A DNA stretch of 64,000 nucleotides, taken from assembly GCF_963506605.1 (NCBI RefSeq), contig NC_083277.1, forward strand, positions 36,394,001 through 36,458,000. Reading direction: 5' to 3'. Origin of the DNA: Zootoca vivipara. Taxonomy: Eukaryota. Shown here in pieces: positions 52,334-64,000 of the stretch. Both the position numbers and the translations under genes were made by a program. The notes under the pieces were generated by a model. It was given only the letters and a program-made list of their open reading frames with translations. It did no database searches and was not told the origin of the DNA. Every line of letters starts with the position of its first letter. The stretch's first letter is position 1.

Positions 52334-55300
52334 TATATAAACAAGTTAAGCCAGCTTTCTAACATCTACACTCTCCCATTTTAACTAATGTATACACCCA
52401 CAACTGCCAATAAACAACAAACACACAAGACAGCTGAGGAATTGCAAAATAACTCATCAGTAACCAAGGATGCTTATCCAATATATATCTCCAGTGCCAG
52501 GAAGTCTACAGCCAGATGGATATTTTTACTAATGAGGAAGATCAGTTTTGGCAGTGTCTAGTTGGTTTTAGAAGAAGCAGAGCCCAAGGTTTCAAACAAA
52601 CCACCATGAAGCTAACAGGGTTTTCATAATGTATATGTACATAATAGACAGTATCAAGTTCTTCACTAAGAAGAATGAGGGTGTAGAATTAAGGATGATG
52701 CCGCCCAACCTTCAACAAACAAGAACCCAGGGCAAAAGTCACTAAGCCAAATAAGCATTTCCAACAGAAAAATGTTTTTTGTTTGTTTGGTTTTTTTTTT
52801 AAAAAAAAACCTGCTTCCATAATAAATGTGTCACATTAAAGAACAAAGAGAAGCAGCAAGTTTTGCCTTTCAAAGGTAAGAAGTAACCCATGCAGTTTTG
52901 GACTCTGAAATAAAAATGTTACTATGCTGACTGCCTAAAGCAGGAATTGCTAAATTGTGTATTTCTTTTTGGGAGTGTTCTGCTTAATCTCAACAGTGTT
53001 TTATTTCTTTAATTCCATTTTTTATCACTTCCCATCAAATATCTCAAAGCAATTTCACAATACAGTAAAAACATCAGTAAGAAAATTTCACTATTTCTTA
53101 CATTTAAAAAAATGGCAGCAAATAAAATCAGTTTCATATGTAAAAAACAATTGCTACTAAATAAAAAAGTAAGAGAGATAAGAAGAAATACAAATGTGAT
53201 TCAGGATTACTGTTATAGTCAGGCCCAAGGATTTCATATAACTCCTGTTTAATGTAGAGAGAGATGCCCAAGTATACAGGACATTGAAAATAAGACTGAT
53301 GGGGAAGCTGACATTTATCTTAATTCTAAATGACAAGGAAAGTCCCACCTGCCAAGATCTGTAGAAACAGCTGGAGTATATCTTCCAAGATGACTGGGAG
53401 CCTGCTGAGGTCTAGAGAGGAAAAAAATTGTAGACCACTGTTCTTATCTAAGCATTTGCATTCTCTAATAAAGCTCCATGAAAATTCTAACCTTCATTTG
53501 AGACACTTTAGAAGTTCTTTGCTTTTGTGACCTGTAAAATCTCCACTACCCCTCTCCCAATAAGAGGCTGTTTTCAAAATTGTAACTGAGGAGAATTGCA
53601 ATACAGTGTATGAAGAACAACTTTTAGTGCCTAAAATCCAGAAGTAGCACTGCAAAATCAGGGCAGAGACAGACTGTAGCTGTCATTAGCAATGCCCCAA
53701 CCCAACCCAACAGCCCTCTTGAAATGGCACAGAGTAATTTTTTTATTTCAAGCTCCACAAGAGCCACACATTTCCTAATTTTGCTCTTGCTACACACGAA
53801 GCTTTGGAACCAAGTCACTCTTTAGCAAACGTAGTTCTAAAATATTAAATATCTTTAAAATCAAATCAGTCCTGAGCCTCTTTCTGCCATATCCTTCCGG
53901 GAACAAGAGGAAGTCCTACTCCATGGAGCTACCGGTACTAGAGAAGCTGGAGGGCATGTGGGAAGAGAGAAAGAGGGAAGAGTCTTCATGCAACAGGAAG
54001 CCCACTTGACAGCTCTTCCTCTTTATTTCCCCCCAAAATTCTCCAGTACTACAAGAGACTCTTGGAGATTTTTTTGGAGGACGAAGCAGCAAGAGACAGC
54101 TCAGGACTCATTTGATCTCCTTCCTCGCTCTCAGCAACACAATCAATCCTAAGGTGCTTTAAAGCTGAAGTTGAATGTCAGTTGAAGAAGGCTGGGAGAG
54201 GTGAATTATCTTAATTTACAGATTGAGCTCACAGCATCCACAGACAGACAAACACTACTCAGAACACTAAGCAGTCTCAATTTCTTTTTGTTGGTACCAA
54301 TCTGGCATAATTCTGTTTAAATCAGAATTGTACAGAAGTATTTTTTAAAGAATTAAGGCAAACAAGCAAACACTTTCAGTTGAATCCAGTTGTTAAATAA
54401 CTGGGGGGGGGGCAAAAAACCATAACCAGGATATCTTCTGCTAAATTCCACCCAATGGTGTGGACAGCAAGGAGTGGGACGGCCATCAATATGATGAAGG
54501 TGAGTGTTGACACTTACCGTATGTGCCAATCACACACACAGAAAAGTTGGGTCTGAATGACCCGTTTGCAAGATAAAGCCCCCGTCTGGACATAGTCCAT
54601 ACACATCCTTTCAAGGAACACAAAAGAAATGATTTTATCTAAGGGACCATCCACTTAGACAGGCTGTTAGTATTGTTGGCATGGTTGAAATTTTCCCCAT
54701 CCATTCCAACCTCCTCACTTGTGAATATATGAATAGGCAAAGCCACCTCAGATGCAATTTTCTGATTTGCCTCCCATCACAGTGAAACTGTAAGCCAGCT
54801 GTAAGCTTGGAAACCTATTTGTCATATCAGAGACCAAGGTGTCCTGTCATTGGCCAATATGCTATGATGTTATTAATGTCATTACAAATCTAACCCAAGC
54901 AACTGACCGCTAAAAGGAGGGAGGGATCCTTATTTGCCTTCCGGGATGCAGTATTATACTCTAGGATTAAAATTATACCTTGTTGGTTCAATTAATATGT
55001 ACTCCCTCTCAGTCTTTTGCTGGAAACAGAGAACTCTTCCTGCTTATGTATGTAAATGCCCTACATTTAATTTTCCAGTTTCTAAATTAATTCCTTAAGG
55101 GTTTGTTTACATGCTCAGTGATGCCTGAAGTAGTTTCTGGGTATTGCTACAAAATCATACTAGAAATTGGCCATAGAACAGATAAGCCCATGTACATTAA
55201 TATGTTAAGTGAATGAACACAGCAAATTAATATAATGCATGGTGTACTTCAAGAGTTACACTCACACAGAATACCATTTCTCGGCAGACACAGCAAGAGG

Positions 55301-56971
55301 ATCCCTCAGCCTCCCTTGGCAACTGATTTAACCGCTAAGTCCATCTCCCAATAATCAAATTCAACAGCTTATTAACCTTCATTCAGTGAAGAATGTGAAG
55401 AATGTTTTTTTTTCCTTTAGTACTGTTTTTTATGGCAGAATTGTGCAGAGAAAGCACAAGCTATAGCAGCAGGTGCAAAACACAGCTACTTCAGAATTCC
55501 ATCTGTCAGTTTTAACAGAAAAGATTCTAAAAAAGTCAAATGTCAGTCAAAGTCTCAGACCTTTGAAGAGATTGATGAATAGGACAGATAGGCAGAGCTT
55601 CAGGTATGCATACCACTTTCCCTCCATTCCATGACTAAGACTTGAATGAACTACAGTATGCAAAGCAGCTACGCAAATATGCTCAATTTGTATTAATTTT
55701 TACATGTCACAGAATTCAGTTCTTCATAGCATAGAATTTGGAATACTTAGTGTAGGGTTTTTTTTAATCATAATCATCATTGCACACACAACTCTGATTA
55801 TGCTTCCACTGTTTACTAACAACAGCTAGTTAACAACCCTAGCCTTACGAGACTCCTATCCTAAAGCATTAAGCAATTTGGTGACCATAGCAACAGAGTC
55901 AACGTCTTCCTTCTATGCAAACACTGCCAAGTCTACTGAATCATCCTAGAGGAGCTCATATTAGCCATTAGGCTAAGTATGTTAAAAAGCATGGATCTGG
56001 CAAAATAAGGGTTTGTATTCCCTGAAAGCACATTGGATAAGAATGTTACCTATTCCACCATCCTCTTATTATGTGAAAAGGGAGCAGTGGCCATATATCC
56101 AGCTGTGAAGTGAAACACACACACACAGAAGAGAAAAGCCCTGCACACAAGGCCATGATCCACAGTTGGCATTACTCAGAGTACATCTTTCTCCCTGAAA
56201 GCAGCATGGAAGGATGCAGTGGCCAGCAATGCCTTTTGCCACCCTTGGCTACCACCAGCTGCAACTGTTCATAGACTGGGCTAGACTTATTACTGGGCGC
56301 ATTCACTGGTCAATGCAAGTTTAAATAAGTACAATACACTTTATTTGGGGCTGCCCTGAAAACTACTGCTAATGTAAAATGCAGTAGTTAGGGTGCTAAT
56401 TGGGGTATCCTACTGTGCACATTATACCACTCTTTAAATATGATTTTAAAGCAGCATAAAATAACAAACAATTTATCAGCAAATCAAAACTGGGGTCGTG
56501 TGCACTTGTGGCACGTCATCCTGCTTTTTGTGCCTACAACAGCTCTTCTCAGCAAGTTTCCAGCTGACTGGATGCTATGAGTGACATTCAATGAATGGTG
56601 TTTTGCTTAGAGTAGGCCCATTAAAATTAATGGACCTAACTTATCCAAGTTAAATCATTTCAAGGGTTCTGCTCTGCACAAAACATGGCTGAATACAACC
56701 CTAGGAACAAAACCTAAACTTTTATACAATGCAAGCCTCAATACAGGTTGAACAAGGGGCTTACACCAAGAGCATTTCCAACAGCAGAGAATAGCCACCA
56801 TGGGCACAGAAAACTGCAGCCACTACATGGTGCCAATTATAGTTAGCAGCTAGTACCAGCTGCAACACACCGCATGGGAAGGTAAGAACAATATTACAAT
56901 CTGGGATTCTGACAAACTGATGACAAAGAGATTGTTGTAAACTTCCAGGTTCTAGTGAAAATGTCCTAAAG

Positions 56972-57107
56972 CAGGCATCCCCAAACTGCGGCCCTCCAGA
57001 TGTTTTGGCCTACAACTCCCATGATCCCTAGCTACCAGGACTAGTGGTCGGGGAAGATGGGAATTGTAGTCCAAAACATCTGGAGGGCCGAAGTTTGGGG
57101 ATTCCTG
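56972..57107. mobile_element. 136-bp palindromic hAT MITE
   Basis: TIRs caggcatccccaaact / agtttggggattcctg; perfect 8-bp TSD tcctaaag. Confidence 0.92.
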
Positions 57108-57174
57108 TCCTAAAGCAATGAACAATTCCCTCTATCTCTGGTCCAAAGTCATGGTACACTTTTTGGGGTGGGGA

Positions 57175-57379
57175 CCAGGCCAACCCACCCATGAGGTAAG
57201 GTGAGGCAATCACCTGAGGCAGCAGAATTCAAAGGGGCAGCAGATCCCAATGTAGGTATTTATTCCCTGCCTGTCCCCAGTGTAGATATTCACTCACACC
57301 TTCTTCCCTGGCAGGGAGTGGGACATAATTTTGTGGTTTTCGTTCTCCTCAGGTGCCAGAATGTCCTGGGCCAGCCCTG
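57175..57379. mobile_element. hAT-type MITE
   Basis: Imperfect TIRs ccaggccaaccc / gggccagccctg; TSD ggtgggga / ggtggcga (7/8). Confidence 0.55.
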
Positions 57380-58519
57380 GGTGGCGAGGAGTTGTCCAAC
57401 TGACACACTGAAACTCAGTATATCTATTTCAGACGGTAACTTGCTGTCGCTGTCATGGATGGCACGGCAGTCTAACAGCTACTGATGCAAAGCCAGCATT
57501 CAAAGGTGGGAAAGATGAAAGGAAATACAGCATGGGAGGTTTTCTCTCTCCTTTTTTTCTCTTCAATGGGCCCGTGGAATGAAATGTGTAAATCCAGCCC
57601 CTTGACAGAGGTTGAAAAATGTGAACACCATCACATTAATATATTGTCCCTTGCAGGAGCCTATAAATATATCAGTTAAACAAACTCCAAGAATTTGGTG
57701 CTGGACTCAACTTAGCCCTTTAAAAATTATCCATCTGGAACCAGAATGAGATACAGCCTACAGCAAAACCAAGCATGAGGGTATTTCTTTATTTTAAGAG
57801 ATTAGCAGTGTCACTTTCCAAGCATCTTTACTGACAGCCACCCTTCCCAACAGGCAGCAGTATTTATACGAGAGTTAGCCTGCTGTTCTGGAGCACAGCT
57901 CCTTTGCCAAGTAAAGGGGGCATCAAACAACTCAGGTCTGCTGTAGAGTTTCCTATTTCTATCATTAATAAGGCAGAGAACAGCTGGCAGTGAGCCAAAC
58001 TGATTATAATTTACCTTGACCTTCAGAGGGTAGTTAGGCACAGCTCATAATTGGTCTAGCTTTTACAAGCCAGATGAACTCATTTTCAAACCTGCCTCAG
58101 TTTTGAAATTCTGATCTATACTTTCTCAAAACAGCACAAACACCCATTCAAATCTTTGCTCCCCCCCCTTATACAGCATAATCAATGCACATGATATTTA
58201 CAATGTTAGCAAACAAAATCCAATAAATCCCTTTCCCAAGGGGTTTTAGTCTCTTAAATTGAAAGGGGACTAACAGATGGACAACCAAAACGGACCCTGT
58301 GAGCTCATAGGGTTGCAGAGAGACTTCTACTCCAAGGGTAGAAGGATAAACACTTGCCATCAATTCCTCAGCAATCTAAAGATCTTACTGTCCTTTCTAC
58401 ATTTGAACATATATCTTACAATTGTCAATCTTGTTTGGAAATCTATGTGGGCACATGGACGGCCTATATTAGGATTGATAGTTATTCTTCATGTATGTAA
58501 GCCAATATAGTTTCTTTTC

Positions 58520-58524
<5 letters not shown>

Positions 58525-58557
<33 letters not shown>
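58525..58557. repeat. (CA)16 microsatellite
   Basis: Direct reading. Confidence 0.95.
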
Positions 58558-58559
<2 letters not shown>

Positions 58560-61500
58560 CACGAAACAGGAAAGCTAGAATAGAAGAAGCAAGGGCAACA
58601 GACAAATGCAGCTACACACACATGCATTGCAAGTCTATCCCTTCCCAGGCAGGGACATACATGCACACTATGGTCCTCATGAACACATACATGTACACAC
58701 AAAGAGCTTCTGTTTTCATTGGATGAGAATTATCCATTGGAGCCAATTGGAGTTTCCTTCCTAGTGTAAACAGTTTCAGGGGATATCAGTTGTCAGGATC
58801 TCAAATAGAATGAAAAAAAAAGTTAAGATATCAGCTCTACACAAAAAGTTAAATTTGCTCACTCACAGCTATTTACACTATTTTTCCAAGTGTGCATGTA
58901 AATTGCATTCATGCAAATTTAATACATCACATCAAGTTTGGCCCTTAGCCTTGATAACAGCTGGGCACGCATATCAGTGTGTTCACTGCAGATGTACGTT
59001 CTGAGAAGAAATTGAGGAACAGTGTCCCATTTCTCTGCATCTCTGCTCCAGGTAGAATCCACTAACGCCCTCATCCATGCAATTAAGTTTGTTAGAAAAC
59101 AAAAGGGCGGGGGAAGACACCTGTTGCCATAACAACTCATGGCTCCATCTCGGCACCCCACCAAATATACACACAAAAGTTCCAAGAGAGTTGGTGAGGA
59201 AACATAAATATTTATTGGGGGAAAGGAACAGTCAACACACATAACACTTATCTATAAACATCTAGACAACAGTCCCCCTCACCATTTTGAAACTCTCACA
59301 ATTTTTTCCTCCTTCCTTGGGAAGGCTGGCACTCTGCTGTCCTGTTCAGGTTGTGTAACAAAAAAAAAACTTAACCAGGCACAAGGCCCTGAACCACTCA
59401 AAGCCACTTCAGAGGTTCATCCATCAGGTGAATAGGAATGAGAACCCTCACTTATCAGAATCCCCATTCCCATAGTGGAAACCCCTTTGTGCAAGAACTG
59501 CACTCACTTCAGAATCGGTCAGTCACAGGCCAACTTGGGAGCACAACATGATGTCATCAACATGGTAGACCTAGCACCACACACTCCCACAGCCAGCACT
59601 TTGTGTACTACAGAGAATGTCTGGAATGGCTTTCATTACATTTAAGAACATATCCATTCCTCTTTTCAAATGTAGACTTCCTTTGATCACCCTCTTTTTC
59701 TTTGCAGAAGGTTTCGGTTTCACCAGAAATTCAACAACAGGTGGAACATAAATAAACAAGAGTGCAAGACGAAAAGCCTCCCAATCTAAGCCACTGTCCC
59801 AACCACACTTTGTTCCGATTCCCTACTCTCAAAGGCCCCTCCAGCCAGTCATGGCTGGGGTATGTGGAGCCATAATGGCAAATACACTAGCTTAATCGTG
59901 TTTGTCTGTCACTCTTTCCTCCATTTTCTCTGCAGAAAATAAACTATTGTGAGAAGGGAGCTTCTACCCCTGTTATCAAGGGCTTATCCCTGCAGTGTGT
60001 ATAACTGAACAGATTGCACAAGCCACCTTTGCTTCGACCTTTTGCTTCTTTACAAAAAAGACCAGGATTTGAGAGGATCCTCACAAGGCCGTTCTCACAA
60101 ATGCAGTTCTTATACAGATCAGGCTGTAGGAAACTACTGTTTACAAAACTTCACCTGTGAAAGCAATAGTATTTGGAAAGGGGCTAGAGTAGTGATTCCT
60201 AATCTATTCTCCCCACCCACCCACAGAACATTTTAAAATTGTTGGTGATCTTGTTGGATCTCTTAATGATTTTTCTGCTGCTGAAGCAGTTGTAATGCAC
60301 TATGCTGGATGCTATACAATTTTTACTTTTTTATGTCTTATATTGTGTGTTATCGTATTGCAATTTGAATTCTATAGAATACAAATTGCAATACAAAGTG
60401 CTTCCGTATTAGGTGTCTGGTGTAGAATTACCATGCTTCCTTTACTCAGTTTACAGGGTATCCACAGAATATCATCATCCAACTATTGCCATGTTCCCTG
60501 CCATTGTAGGCTATGTTCTCTATGGCTCTTCCCATCCTATTAGTCCATAGAAAGGTGCCTCCAGACTCTCACAGTTTTGTGGGAGGGATTCAAGTGTATA
60601 CTGCAAATTTAGGTTTGTGCAATTCAAGCACTCAGAAACAAGTCTGCTTTCTAAGTACCTAACTTTTAACAGTTAAAAAGGTGATGGAGATCTACACTGA
60701 AAAGTGTGGGACAACAATTAACAGGAAGATGCACAAGCAAATCAGGAAGAAAGCTCAACAAACAGAACAACAGCACAGGTGCAGAAATTCTTAGCACCAC
60801 TCTTCCATCTTTTTCCAAGGGTCAGTTTGACATGGAAAGTGATACATGGGGCAGAAGAACATATCACAATGGTGCTGTGGGCACCCTTTTATAACCCCAT
60901 TTGTTTATTTTTAATTAGCTGTGTGGAGAGCTCGTACCTCTGTTGCCACAGTACCAGGGTTCCCAGTCCCTCAGCCTCACTTAACTACATTTTTAATTCC
61001 TTTGCTGCCACCAATTCCCTCACAAGGCTTTACAACCTCCTAGTACTGTGAATCTCCCTTTCTGCCAAATCTGTCACCTAGCAACCACTGCTAAACAGGC
61101 TCGTAACATCATAAGGCCTCATGGCAGTTACAGAGGTCACCAACTATATCTTCCTTTAAAACAATAATATAAACAGACATACACACACACATACATCCAT
61201 AAGCATTAAAACGCTATTCCTGATTATTTTAAAGCACTATAGTGCTATATCTGATGCAATCACACAAATTAAGAAATAATTTTAAGAAACTGTTTCTAGT
61301 CACTATCATACACCACACTGCTAAAACAGCAGTGATGGGTAAAGGCTTTGGCACAAGGAAGGGATGGTCTTACCTTAGAATTAATGCAATAGCCCTGCTG
61401 TTTGTGGAACACCTTAAGTATTTATGTAGCTTAGGAGACCTTCCTTCCTTCTTTCTGATAACCTTAACCTGAAGACAAATGGTTCAGCAATAAAAACATT

Positions 61501-62974
61501 TCAACACACATACACACACACACTGCTCCTGCAGTTCAGTCTTGCATGCATACAGGCACAAGTACAATTTTCGGTTGCTTTCTGTATGTTGCCAACCATG
61601 ATACCCAGTGCCTTCCAACTGCCGACTGAAAGAACTGCCATCTAGTCATCCGCTAACCCAAAAGATTAAGTGGATTCTGACAGGCAGAGTTTTCCAAGAA
61701 CCTGCTGACTTAGTTGAACTCTACTGGCCTCTATGCAGAAATTGTTCTGGGTGTTAGCTTAACAGGAAGCACCTATGATAGATTCAATTTGTTTCCATTA
61801 GGGAGGATCAATTAACCTTTATTATGAATAGTAAAAAGTGCAACTCTTGCTCGTGGCCTCCTGGCTAGTGCTTCGTTCTGTATACTGTATTACGCTTCCT
61901 CAATCCGTGTGTCAAATATCCTCATGCAGAGTGGACTGCATTTGAATCAAGCACCATAATAATGCATGCTTACAGAAAGAGTAAAGTTATGAAAACTGTC
62001 ATCACATATAAACCCCTAGGGTATAAACCAATTCCAGAGACATCCACCATAGTTATTCGTGCTTAAGATTCAGGATTCTGATTTCACACCAAGATGTAAA
62101 TTATGAAAAGGGGGTCAACAGTCTGTTCTTCAACCAGTGTGTTTCCTCCAGCTTTGCTATTTGAACAGAAATAGTACATGCCAGCAAACTGAATGCTAGT
62201 TTGGCCAACAATCTTGTGCCTTTCCCATCATGCCTGCAGAACTCAAGAGCTCAGAACTGGAGAAGAATCAGTAAATCAGGATTTCATGTGGCAAGGCCAA
62301 TTCCAAACCAATGCCCACAGTTCATATATATTTTGCAGGAAGAAGGCAGGTGCAACTACCTCAGAACTCTGAACTAGAGTCAAGCAGTCTGTCAGCCACC
62401 ACAGAAGAAACTATATGCTTACAAGCACACACCAGCTGAAAATCCTTGTGCAGCTTCAATTACTTTCAATGGAGCCAAAATTACTCCGCCTGTGGTCCCT
62501 TTTTATCTACGTCTATTCTCTAAACAGGTGCTAAGTTGCAGTACTATTCATGCAGAGTCACAATGAAAAAAGGTATAATAGTTACATATCAACCAACACT
62601 CAAGAGGAAAAGTCTGCCTTTTCATTAGCCTTGATTATTATTTCATTTCTCTTTACTATCTCACTCAGAATCTATCACACTGCCCTAATGAACAAATAAA
62701 GGCAGTGTTGTTCAGTTGTATTAAATTCCTGTTAATTCACAGCAATCCTCAAAGCATCTTGTAACAGGACAGGAGAGATCGCTCAAAGCAAAAATGTTTT
62801 TTTTAAACCCATTCCATAATAGAACAATTTTAAAATAGCATCTGTATAAGCATTTACCAATCTAGCACAAAAGTTTTCAAGAATGAAAAGGTTTCCACTG
62901 ATTCCAAAAAATGCTATGAAGATAACCAGCTGGAGCATTTTTAAATGGAAAGGGAGAATATAAATGTAACCAGT

Positions 62975-63151
62975 CAGGGCCGGCTCTAGGTAGAGTCCCG
63001 GTGGCGCGGGGCGCCAGGGTGCCGGGCCGGTAGGCAGGGCGCTGCACGGCAAAGCCACGCGGAAGCCATGCTGTGCCCTGCGAGGGCGGGGGCGCCGGAG
63101 CGATCTCCGTCCCTCAGCGCCAGGGCGCGCGACCTGCTCGAGACTGCCCTG
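62975..63151. mobile_element. Very GC/CpG-rich hAT-type MITE
   Basis: Termini cagggccggctct / agactgccctg; TSD taaccagt / taaacagt (7/8). Confidence 0.8.
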
Positions 63152-64000
63152 TAAACAGTTAACAAGTACGGAATAATCCCTAAATGAAGAATTTCATAAG
63201 GAGGGCTCTGTTTAGGAACATAAGAAAAAGACTGAAAATATTTACCATGACCTCCATATGACAAATCTGCCTTCCAAACACTTAAGCCAAGATTCTGAGC
63301 ATGTTGAGAGACTAAAGACTGCAGTTTCTCCAATATAACCTTAGAACGCTGAAGTCAGGGAGCTGGAGCTCGCTTGGACTAAGCAACTTTTGTGAGGATT
63401 GCTCATTCCAAGTCATTAACAGCACACATCTCCTGTTCCATTTCTCTCCTGGTTCTTCTATTGGCCAAGATGCCCTCCTGGGCTGCTAAAGTAAGCAAAA
63501 TTTATATTTTGCCCTGTAGTAGCAAGCATGGATGAAGAGGTAGGCAACAGACATGGGGAAGAACACACCAAGAGAACTAAGACTGCAGTTCAGCAACCCC
63601 ACAGTTTACCATGTTTTTTTAAAGCATCCTTAATCCTAGGCACAACCCAGTGCTTTTATCTCCATGGGGAAACAGATTCCAGCATCACTGGGGATTTTTA
63701 ATACTAGAGCAAAGTGCATAAGAGGTAACCTCTGCTCAGAATGCAGCTATGCTCCAAGAAAAAAATTACATGCCATGTTTTTTTTCTAAAAGTCACATTC
63801 ATGATATGATCCTCACTGCTTTGCCTTAATTTTATCCCATTTCATAGAGCAATTATGAAGAAATTTCCAGGCCACACAAGACTCAAGCTTGAAGTGTCTA
63901 GTGCTCCATTCACAACTATTTTCATGGCCCTCTCAAATGCAGTAGAAGACAAGGCCTTTTACAGCTACTGTTGATAAAAAAGCAAAAGAGGAAATATGAT

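Larger units (their letters stand above)
710..64000 (-). other. SRGAP3: Partial intron 1 of SRGAP3 (exon 1 lies beyond the window end)
   Basis: Upstream of the exon-2 acceptor on the minus strand. I did not find the expected exon-1 peptide (MSSQTKFKKDKEII...) in the window. Sequence is repeat-rich and non-coding. Confidence 0.8.

Overview
Vertebrate genomic DNA from a squamate reptile, probably a lacertid lizard, judging by the repeat content (Sauria SINE, BovB, RTE-1, L2, CR1, L1, hAT/Tigger MITEs, Helitron). The only confidently coding sequence is one 196-nt minus-strand exon (514-709) matching coding exon 2 of SRGAP3 (F-BAR domain). Positions 710-64000 are therefore most likely part of the large first intron. 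Nearly all other ORF-track entries are transposon remnants or chance ORFs. The main structural finding is a ~4.6-kb intronic inversion (~26407-31028). It can be read from two target-site duplications whose copies now lie on opposite strands: the 8-bp TSD of a hAT element and the 16-bp TSD of a 1.8-kb ORF2-less L1-like (HAL1-like) retroposon inserted into it. Other notable items are a twin-primed 5'-inverted L1, a non-autonomous Helitron, a 101-bp-arm near-perfect palindromic hAT MITE, a three-level nested TE stack, two frame-preserving candidate cassette exons for SRGAP3 and several RFX X-box motifs. No prokaryote-type system (CRISPR, operon) is present. Repeat family names come from recognition of motifs and termini, not from database searches.
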